Positions 1 through 9,478 of a stretch of DNA of 64,000 bases are shown here, in pieces (position 1 is the stretch's first letter; each line of letters opens with the position of its first letter). Below the pieces are notes generated by a model. The model ran no database searches. It had not been told where the DNA came from and saw only the letters and a program-made list of their open reading frames with translations. A program made the translations under genes and the position numbers. Source of the stretch: Girardia tigrina (taxonomy: Eukaryota); the NCBI GenBank assembly GCA_001938485.1, contig MQRK01243625.1:1-64000 (forward strand), read 5' to 3'.

Positions 1-815
1 TTTGGTCACAAGTCCAGACATGGTATGGTACTACTGTGTAAAAAATCAAGGAAGGAATTGCCCAAGGTGCAAAGCAAAGCTGATTTCATGTGACTTCTTT
101 TTATGCCCTCGCTAATACACTTTTAAACTTTTGACTGGATGTTTTTAATAAAAAATAATTTCGAAAGTTGATTTTTGTCTTTGAAAAGGATAATTCAAAT
201 TTGGCCCTTCCTAATCACTGACGTTGTCAGGATATATTTCAATGGGGGATGAGGACACAGAATATACTATCTCAGCCCAAGAGAGTAAATAATATACTTA
301 TAAGCTCTTAAGAAAGCTACTTCTAAATATGGACAAAGGCGCAAAACACATTCCGACACTAGCCAAATTACATTGTTTTCACACTTATGTTGAACTGCAT
401 TTTCGGAGAAAAGTTGGGAGCAGTAAATGTCCATAAATCTAAGTAAAATGGTTTGATTCAATGTTTCTATACCAAAATACAACTTTTTAACCATGTTTCC
501 TTTCTTGAACTCAAAATTTATTAACATTAGACCCACTCTAATATACATATAGGCCAGGTAGGCCTATGGCTGTATATCAAAAAGTTGACCTGATAGAGCA
601 AAATTAATGTGATATTCGGACTCAGAACACTCAAATTAGTCTAAATCGCCTGAGAAACCCCTGAAAATTATTTGGCTGTTATCCAGTGTTGTAAATGAGT
701 TTCTTAAACTTCTATCACATTTTAGTTGTAAGATTGCACGCTTTAGTCCTTGTACAAAAATTATTGATTCACACTGCAAATTGTGAAAGTGTCGTCATAC
801 ATTGGTATACATCGA

Positions 816-819
<4 letters not shown>

Positions 820-852
<33 letters not shown>
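820..852. repeat. (TA)n microsatellite
   Basis: Pure AT dinucleotide run directly abutting the left TIR of the Tc1 derivative. Confidence 0.95.
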
Positions 853-855
<3 letters not shown>

Positions 856-1257
856 TCAGGTGCAAAAGTTTTTGAACGCTTGTTGTTAAATTGTCTTTGG
901 CACCCAACTGCAATTATATTGACAAAAGCACACCAAAATAATTTTTTACAATAGTCTGGTGACACTTTTTGATTCCAAACAGTTTCCACTGCTTTGATCA
1001 TGTCCTGCAAGGAATTTGGGTACATGGCAGCAACCTGTTTCTTCCCTGGGTCCAGACATTTTCAATCGAATTGAGATCCGGTGAGTTACCTGGACAAGGA
1101 CCAAGAATTTCGAAGCCTGACTGCGCTAACCACTTTCGAACAGCCTTGACATTGAGGCAAGATGCTCCATCGTGCTGAAAGAAGGTCGTTCTGTGTAACT
1201 CCAGCAGTGTAAAAAGCAGTATAGAAACATGCGTTCACAAACTTTTGCAAATGACTG
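853..1257 (-). mobile_element. Internally deleted Tc1-family DNA transposon (405 bp)
   Basis: Imperfect 27-bp TIRs (CAGTCAGGTGCAAAAGTTTTTGAACGC vs reverse complement CAGTCATTTGCAAAAGTTTGTGAACGC) with TA on both sides. The minus strand encodes FQHDGASC...CPGNSPDLNSIENVW, the Tc1 DDE C-terminus. Confidence 0.9.
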
Positions 1258-1443
1258 TATATTAAAATTGTCATAAAACAAAACATAATTAGTAAGATTC
1301 CAAATTTAACACCAGTCAAGAAACTTCTAAATTACCACAATTTCAGTATTAAAGTGTCGAAAATTCGATTAATCTGCTTAGTTTTTTTAATGTATATTTT
1401 AAAATGTTTCTTTGAAAATGAAACTTTAAAGTTTTATTCAAAC

Positions 1444-4400
1444 CTGTTAGGAGCAGTTTCTTTAGCCTCATCCAATACCTTTGGACCAATAAGCTCTCGA
1501 AATTCACGAATGATTCCTTCATCACCTTTAGCGAGCACTAAAATTCTGCTTGGACCAGATGTTATAAATTTAATTAAATCCTCAAAGAATTCAGTCTCAT
1601 TCATATGATGATAGAACTCTTTGGCTTCATCGACTGTTAAATTTCTTTCTTGTTGAGCCAGTATTTCAATGCCAGCATCTTGCAACTGTTCGTTCAATAT
1701 GGGTAAACTTTACAAATAAATTTATAAGACTCACTCTTTTGATAATGTCTTCAACCTGTCCTGATTTGACAGCATCAGGTTTGATGAGAGCTAAAGTTAT
1801 TTCTCTTTCAATACCTAAAAAACGTTTTAAACAACCAACATAAAACTAATGATCATACCCTCATCTTTCTCTAGTTCTTGAACTTTCTCTTCAGTTTCTA
1901 ACTCAGCCAAGTAAGGATCTTTTGTCTAAAGTTTACTGTCAAATGTAGTAATAAAAATAATTTTATTTGCCTCATTCCTTTCTATTTCCCCTTTCATCAC
2001 TTTATGTTCTTCTTCCAATTTCAATCTTATCATCGTCTCAAGAACTGGTGGATTGGCTCCTCTAACTACTCCCACAAGAGCTCGACCCTTTTAACAAGTA
2101 ACAATTATAAACATTTTTTTATGATAATTGAAGTTATAATTATAGTGAACTTCCAAAAAATAATTCAAAATAATACAAATAAGATTTGTAAAAAAATAAA
2201 TAATATTAAAAATATGAGACATCCTCTTAGTAAAATAACTGTTATTTTATTTCATTCTTTTTATTAGCTTACTTTCTATATAACTATATATATGTATGTA
2301 TATATATATATATGCATATATATATATATATCCATGAAATTTAGAAACCTGTTTTTGAAGGCCTTTTACTCAATCGATTTTCTTCAAACTTTGCACACTT
2401 ATTCATTCTCGATGACAATAAATGATGATGTGAAAATTTGACAGAAAAAAACTTGTTAAGATCCCAAAATGGGAAAAAACGGAAAATTCGGAGTTCCCGA
2501 ACAATATTAATTGCAAGATATCTACTTATAAATTATAAGTAGTTTATATTAATTTTTAATGTGTTTTTTTAATTAAAGTTTTTTAAATTTTAAAAACTTT
2601 GTTGGCAAAGTAGAGTTCTGTCTGCATAAAAATGTATATAAAAAATTTATTTTTTTATTTACAAATAACTTTTTATTTTATTATTTGCAAAATGAAAGTG
2701 AAAGTGAGAAAAACTGATTTTTAGATGTAGTTTTCAATATAATCTCATTTAAGTTGGATGCACTTCATCAAACGATGTTCCAAATCATGAAAGTTTGAAT
2801 CTTGAAATCATCCATAGAAAGAGAATTTTTCCATTGTTATCACCCAACAAAGGGGCTGTCTATTATCTGACATAGAAAGTAATATTTTTTTAGCACCTCT
2901 TAAGACTGATGACAACTGATTTCATGGACATCACCTTCATTGATAGTTAAAATCCTTATTTTTCCATTGTTGTTTGGCTGCTTCATGACATGCGACTAAT
3001 AGTGAATCCAAGTTTCATTTTTTCTAAGAAACGTTGTTAGACGAAATCTGTTTTATTTGAAAATGTCAAGAAAAGGAAGTTTGTTATTTACTGACAATTC
3101 TGTAGTAAATTTTAAATTAGGATGACGATCATTCATTAAGTTTTAGAATAATTCTACTCGTACATTGAATAGACAAATTGTCATCTCAAAATCAGGGTTA
3201 GTGAGCATTCACAGCAGAGTCGATTGAGTAAGATTCTTGATTATTCGTAATGAAAAACATCTTCTGTTTCAAAGGATGATTTTTACTTTATATAAAAATG
3301 TGTTTATTCACATTGCAAGAGGCAATTTTGTGAATAATTATTAATTAGACACTACAAATTGATAATATAATGATTAAATATAATAAATAATACAATACTT
3401 ATAAATACAGGGTGTCCCAAAAATATGTATACACATTAAAAATTTAATTTTATTGAATTTTATTGAATTTTATTTATGTTTAACTTTCATTATATTTAAT
3501 ATAAATAGTTTTAATATAAACAGTTTGAGAACAAACTGTGACCAATATAAATAAATATTACTCGTACTTATTTTTACTTTTTTAATCAATAAAATTAAAT
3601 TTTTAATGTGTATACATATTTTTGGGACACCCTGTATTTAATTAGATAAGCAAAACTTTGCAGTTAATATTCAATAAAATTTCAATAAAGTATAATTAAT
3701 TATTTTATTACATCGTTTGGTCTTCAATTTTTTATTTTTGTGGTACTAACAAGTTACAATTTGCTGATGATGATGTTTCGAACCATTTAAAATGCTTATA
3801 TAAGGCTTTCGGGAAGTTCGCACAGTTTGTAGAATAAAAATAATAAACAAACAGTTTCGTCAAATGTTAATTTATTTATCTAATTGACTTAGTCCTCATT
3901 ACAATTACGCACTCTGTCATTTTTAGACAACTTCATGACGATCTAACTGTAGAAATATGCGAGCTTTGAGGAAGAGAGATTAACGTGCCACTGATTCAAA
4001 TGTATTTCTTAGAGTGTTGTTCACGAATAGGAATATTAGGTGTATAACTTAGTTTTTTGGATTTTCTAAGAGATGGTGTAACCTTTGTAATAAGCATTAT
4101 TTTACAGTCGTACGTACAGATTTTTAAAGTGCTGAAATCGAGGCATTAGAATTAAGTAGGTCATTTACCTTAAATGCGTCATAAACATATTTTTAATCAC
4201 GTTTTAGCATGACAACTTTCATACCAACAAAACAGCATTTGCGGGAAGCACTACTGTTTTACTTTAATCAAAAGAAAAAAACTGCAGACAGTTTTCGGCT
4301 TCTTGAAGAAACTTATGGTCAACATGCACCAACTCAACAGACTTGGGAGAACTGGTATAAACGTTTCAAAAGTGGAGATTTCGACGTAAGTGACAAAGAG

Positions 4401-6320
4401 CGTCCCGGTCAACCAAAAAGATTCGAAGATGAAGATTTGCAATCATTACTGAAGGAAGATTCTATTCAAACAGAGAAAGAGCTTGCAAAACAGTTAAATG
4501 TTACTCAAGCAGTCATAAGTAAACGAAATATTTGATGATGTCTACATGCTATGAAAATGATTCAAAAAGAAGGAAAATGGATACCACATGAATTGAATCA
4601 AGCCAACATTGAAAGTCGATTACTGATATTCAATTCATTGCTTACAAGACAACGAAGATGGTCGTTTTTNCATAATATTGTGACTGGAGATGAAAAATGG
4701 ATTTATTATGTTAACTCTAAATGCAAGAAATCGTGGGTTCATCCCGGCGAACCGTCCACGTCAACAGCAAAAAGAAACATTCATGGAAGCAAGGTTATGT
4801 TGCGCATTTGGTGGGATCAGAAAGGTCTACTGTACTATGAGCTGCTGAATTCGAATAAAACTGTTAATGCAGAACGTTACCAACAACAGTTAATGAAATT
4901 GAACGATGCATTGAAGGAAAAACGTCCTATTCCAGCCAACAAACAGNNNNNNNNNNNNNNNNNNNNNNNNNNNNNNNNNNNNNNNNNNNNNNNNNNTGCA
5001 TTGAAGGAAAAACGTCCTATTCCAGCCAACAAACAGCGCACAGTGATTTCGCTCCATGACAATGCTCGGCCACATGTCGCAAAACAAGTAAAAAACACGT
5101 TGGAAGCACTTAAATAGGAAATTCTACCGCATGCTGCCTATTCTGTTCCGATCAATGCAAAGCGCTCTTCGGGACCAGCACTTCAGAAACCAGGAACATA
5201 TAACAAATGGCTGGAACAATGGATCGCATCAAAAGACCAAAACTTTTTCTTCGATGGAATTCATAATTTGCCTGAAAGATGGTCGAAAGTCATAATTAAC
5301 GATGGAAAATATTTTGATTAGAATAAAACTTATTATGTCATATAAATAAACTTGTCTGTTCTGCAAAAAAATCCAAAAAACTAAGTTATACACCTAATAG
5401 ATGAAGGTTTTATGGTGCCAGATCTGAATTATTTGACTGGAGGATGAAAATTCCTAGTTAAACATATTTTGACGGTTGCAGGCTACAGTATGTGGTGTGG
5501 TGTTATCGTGTAAGAAGAGAACAGGGTCACGTACGTTTCTGGTGAATCTGTACAGCCAAACGTTAAAGTTAAAACGTTAATGAAGGACGACACTCACACA
5601 AAAACAAAGTAATTGGCTGTACTACTAAAACCGATTGTTCTTAAGAGGAATATTTTGATTATTGTGATGATTTTTGTTCTGTGTTTTATATATATTTTTT
5701 ATATTGATGACTTTTCCATCCAGATGGCTAATTCGTATATATTAATTAATTATTTGAACTAATTCAAAAAGTTCGAAGTTTTAATTAAAAATAATTAAAT
5801 ATTTTTAATTTAGAATTTTATTTAATTAAATTAAATGTAATAGTAAAATTAATATTCATTAAATATACTTTTAACTTCAAATTTTATACTTGAAAACATA
5901 ATTATTATTGTTGTTTCATTGATGTTTATGTTATTTTAAAATCTGTTTAAATTTTTAAAACAAAATAGTTTACTAATTTTGACTAAATATATTAAATCAA
6001 TTTACTCCGTAAATGAGGAAACACGGTTCACATCGTCCTCGGTATTTCTCAAGAGAATCAATCGTATCTGCTTTCGCAACGGCAAAATTAAGAAAATCGT
6101 CACCGATTTCATTCTTAATTCGTCGAAAGAAATTCGTGACTGCTCTGCACGGTCCGCACCACTCTTGGTAAATATCGATCACTGGAAAATCATCGATAAA
6201 CAAACACAATCAATTGAACTCAATAAAACCCATTAATCCTTCTTTCTTCATATTTTCATCCCATTCTTCTTGAGAATTGATTTCAATCTGTAATGCAATC
6301 TCTTGTTTCTTTCGGGCCAT
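1444..6320 (-). CDS. NME8/NME9: Thioredoxin-domain + nucleoside diphosphate kinase protein (NME8/NME9, TXNDC3/6-like; axonemal dynein intermediate-chain type), first six coding exons, 3' part not found in the window
   Basis: Exons 6320-6230, 6181-6006, 2087-1971, 1925-1859, 1814-1735 and 1685-1444 join in phase: MARKKQEIALQIEINSQEEWDE...VIDIYQEWCGPC...RGRCEPCFLIYGGRALVGVVRGANPP...TLALIKPDAV...FITSGPSRILVL...RELIGP. Intact WCGPC thioredoxin motif followed by an NDK domain. Introns are 48, 3918, 45 (GC-AG), 44 and 49 nt. Confidence 0.95.
2286..2331. repeat. Imperfect (TA)n/(TATG) microsatellite
   Basis: Visible interrupted TA run. Confidence 0.85.
2990..3190 (-). mobile_element. Penelope-like element reverse transcriptase remnant
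   Basis: Minus-strand translation NLMNDRHPNLKFTTELSVNNKLPFLDIS matches the PLE RT motif HPNLKFT.E...N.LPFLD. Stops and frameshifts are present. Confidence 0.8.
3408..3634. mobile_element. Tc1/mariner-superfamily MITE (227 bp)
   Basis: Perfect 49-bp TIRs beginning CAGGGTGTCCCAAAAATATG, TA on both sides, AT-rich non-coding interior. Confidence 0.95.
3800..5560 (-). mobile_element. Old degraded mariner (3' half) interrupted by the younger mariner at 4036-5397
   Basis: The minus strand at ~5400-5530 reads VLFLHDNTTPH...SDLAP, and mariner-like 3' sequence resumes at 4030-3800 on the other side of the TA insertion site. Confidence 0.6.
4036..5397 (+). mobile_element. Full-length mariner (mauritiana/Mos1-like subfamily), transposase disabled
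   Basis: Perfect ~30-bp TIRs TTAGGTGTATAACTTAGTTTTTTGGATTTT with TA TSD (4034-4035, 5398-5399). ORFs 4209-4535 and 4551-5117 contain WIPHEL, IVTGDEKWIYY and HDNARPH; the N-terminus MTTFIPTKQHLREALLFYF is Mos1-like. Frameshift, stop and a deletion are present. Confidence 0.95.
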
Positions 6321-6365
6321 TGATTATTTCAATTGTTGAAAATAAATTTGAAAATATTATCACTT

Positions 6366-6378
6366 ATTGCTTAGCAAC
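6366..6378 (-). promoter_or_regulatory. RFX X-box-like motif upstream of NME8/9
   Basis: GTTGCTAAGCAAT (minus strand), ~45 bp upstream of the ATG of a known ciliary gene family. Resembles the GTTGC-N-AGCAAC X-box. Confidence 0.7.
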
Positions 6379-6913
6379 GGGTCTTAGTTGAGAGATTTAA
6401 ACAAAAGTATAATTTCATAAATTGTTTAAAAATCATTTTATTGAAAATTAATAAATATATTTTCACTGGAACATCTACAATCAAAAAAAATCAAATATAT
6501 TTTTTTAAATTGACTTTATTTGTACAATAATTAGATAATGATTTAGGCATTCATCTTGTCTCTAAAATATTATTATTTATGAATTGAAATTCTTGTTGAT
6601 AACATGTGTGACCAGAAGATTTTGTTAAAGAAAAGTATGCATAAAATAAAAATATAAATTAATAATTTTCATAAACTAATTATATTTTCGTGAATCTCAA
6701 AATAATAAAAATACAAATCACTTATTAAACTCCAATTGAAATAAAAACAGCATCAAAAAATTAATTAAATAACATATAAAAGATAATATTATTCGAAAAA
6801 ACAATTGAGAAATCTTTTTCTATAATTCAAAACTATCAATAAGTTCTTCCAAAAATATTCATTCATTCCTTCTACTAAATGACAATAGACAGATAAAAAG
6901 ATGAAAGAAGTTA

Positions 6914-6958
6914 AAAATCTACGTATTTCGGATTTAATACAAAATTCATCAGAATTTT
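6914..6958 (-). ncRNA. Degenerate type I hammerhead ribozyme-like motif
   Basis: Minus strand AAAAUU-CUGAUGA-AUUU-UGUAUU-AAAUCC-GAAA-UAC-GUA-GAUUUU. The 6-bp stem I and core boxes are present, stem II appears to lack its 5' GG, and stem III is weak. Confidence 0.4.
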
Positions 6959-7389
6959 CTTCGTAAGTCTTTTTTAAACTTATTTTACTTACGCTTGACA
7001 AATATTAAATTGGTAAAGGTACGACTTGGAACACTTTTTCTTTCGTCAATATAAAATTCTGATAAGTACAATCGAGGATCATGATCGTTTTGCAATTGAA
7101 AGTTATAACCAAATAAAGCTACATGAGAGAATATTTAGCTTAAAAATGCATTCATTTATTTATAAGCAATTTTAAACATCGGTCGATCAAAAAATGTTAC
7201 ATTATTTACAGGGAAAAATTTTGGTATTATTTTGAACACCAATTTGACTTTTAATATTTTTATTAACATAACAAATATGATTGTCCTCAAAACAATCGTT
7301 GTCAAAGCTTTCGTACGATTACATTCTAACTAATTTATTAATGGCTTTAATCTTCTTATCTGAGCAAATGTAGAAATATTTTATATTTG

Positions 7390-8650
7390 AGTAACCCGGG
7401 GAGGAATTATTCTCTTTTTGGAGTGCACTCACCACCTCATCACTTCTCGGAACTCGAATGGATCTCTTCTTTTCTCCAAAGGTGTGTCCACCAATTCACT
7501 GATCGGTGGTGCAATTGATTTGGAGCTAAAGTGCTCTAAATTTGCGTCTGTTGACGGTGTGGTGTCTGCAATAGTGTTGTTCAAAATTATTTTAACCACC
7601 TTCCTCGGATGATTCTTGTACATCTTCCTCAGGCCGGGATCCTGATTGGTTGACGCCTTACTGATGTTTTCCATGTACAGATTTCTCCTTTTTATGGGTC
7701 TGTGAGAGTATATATACATAGTTATATCCTTCTCCATCATGTCTGGGTCAACCAATGCTGAGCGGATCTCAGCAAATGTGATTGATCTGTCCACTCTTGC
7801 TGCACGAGTTGCTACAAAAGTATCCCGATTCTCTTTTTGTTTAGTCGATGATGTGGGACATTTCTTCTTTGCTCTCAACAGGAGCAGCACGATCTTCTGT
7901 TTGATTTTTTGAACATTAATATCGAACAGATCTCGGTCCTCCATGGGAGCATGAATAAATCCACACACCATCTGCCCTGTTTCTAAAGCTATTTCTTACC
8001 AGTTGGTGAGATTGACCAAACACATTGATCTTCATTTCTGTTACGATCGTGATTTTAGCGAAGGTCATTCGAAGAGAAAACCCCTTCGCAACCCACACCC
8101 CATACGCTCGAGACCTTTAGAAGAAATGGTGAGGATAGTCTAACTCGACTATCCTCATTTAAGTGTAAGATCGGCCCCGAGCTTGTTGGGATAGAAGGTA
8201 GGCGAAGGAGCTTATACAGATTGTCCCCAAAGTTTTCTGAGATCCCTGGCTCTGTTAGAGAACTCCTTGCAATCTTCCGAAATTCCTTTAAGGCTTTCTG
8301 TGAAAAATAGAAAATTAATTAGCTTAATTAAAAATCTTACCAAATAATCCAACCCAGCGAGCGGAGAATTGTTTATCGAACGGATGGAGAGCGGATATCG
8401 AAGAACAAATAGCTCGACGACGGCATCCTGTATTTGCGCGGCCAACAGGTCGGATGACCGCGAGCGCAGAACCTTGACAGGCGAGCTACAATAAAGATGT
8501 CGTAGAGCCAAAATAAACAAATCATTCTTAGTTTTCTCCTTCCTGTCGCGCACTTCCGGGTAATATAAATACCCAAACGGTGCGTATTCAAAAACGACCG
8601 CACTTTAGAAATTTTATTTATTTTAATTTTATTTACAACTACAGCAGCAC
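7390..8650 (-). mobile_element. 5' part of an RLE-type (R2/NeSL-like) non-LTR retrotransposon, truncated at the start of RT
   Basis: GC-rich island. ORF 7429-7971 ends LRKMYKNHPRKVVKIILN...PST...EHFS...DPFEFREV then ...LPG, resembling the pre-RT region of these elements. An upstream decayed C2H2-like motif (W/C-GVG-C-EGV-F-SSNDL-R-*N-H) is present. Confidence 0.65.
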
Positions 8651-8702
8651 GCATATATTTTTAATTATTATTTTGAATTTTATTTCAATCTGAAATACTC
8701 AT

Positions 8703-8815
8703 TTGTTATTCAAAACATTAAAAGAAGAATTTAAAAATCTTGAAGTTTATACGATTATAATATTCGTACGACTTGTTATCCAAAACATTAAAAGAAGAAT
8801 TTGAAAACCTTGAAG
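8703..8815. repeat. 43-bp direct repeat, two copies 70 bp apart
   Basis: TTGTTATTCAAAACATTAAAAGAAGAATTTAAAAATCTTGAAG and a copy with 3 substitutions. Confidence 0.85.
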
Positions 8816-9106
8816 ATATATTGTTGGTCTTTTAATATTCAATTACTTCTTTAGTCGGTTTTGATCCAATTTTCTTTGTTTTTTGTTTTTTTATTATTTA
8901 TTTAATTTTTTTGATTATAATTGCTCCTGTGTCAACTAATTTCGAATATAATTTAGTTGATGTCTTTATTGACTTCTTTATAATAATGTTAGAACAATTT
9001 AATATATTTTACAAACCTTAGTATTAGCTTTAATTACTATTTTATAATTATAAATGATATGCGAACGTATGATGAGCATCAATCTTGTCAGAATTATCAA
9101 GTGTTG

Positions 9107-9292
9107 TGAGTCGGTTATGTGTCGTACTCTAATAAATGCCAAGTTAATCGGGCTCCTAGAGTCGTTTCAAAACAAATGGAGGGTTTCACCCGTTATTACC
9201 AGAGTCTTGAGTGAAGAGAAAAACACGCAGGCTGGTCCCCGGCACCGTTTAGGGCCAGGCCAGGCGGTGTTCGTTAACCCATAACCGATTCA
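9107..9292 (+). ncRNA. Candidate structured RNA domain with closing helix and H-type pseudoknot
   Basis: 13-bp closing helix 9107-9119/9280-9292. Pseudoknot S1 9232-9238/9252-9258 and S2 9241-9248/9264-9271. G-U pairs favour the plus strand. Confidence 0.5.
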
Positions 9293-9478
9293 ATTTTGTA
9301 AATAGCGTGTATATAAAGTTCAAGCATATTCCCTTCCCGTATTTGTTTTGTTAATTAAATTTTATTTTATTGTCTTGAAATTTCTATTTAATTATTACAC
9401 ATTTCATTTTATTACGTACGCAAAGAATCTTTAGCAAAATTTTTTAGTAAATTATTAGATCTTTTAGTAATTCAGTTA

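Noticed and set aside
3760-3805. CTGATGA...GAAAC hammerhead-like boxes
   Set aside because: No stem I complement and no correctly paired cleavage triplet. At most a heavily decayed remnant.
4907-5036. Apparent tandem duplication inside the mariner transposase (ALKEKRPIPANKQ twice)
   Set aside because: The identical ~40-bp copies flank a 50-N gap, so this is an unmerged contig overlap rather than biology.
9107-9298. Telomerase RNA interpretation (closing helix, pseudoknot, Sm-like site)
   Set aside because: There is no CTAACCCT-type template 5' of the pseudoknot. TAACCCATAACC is interrupted and sequestered in the closing helix.
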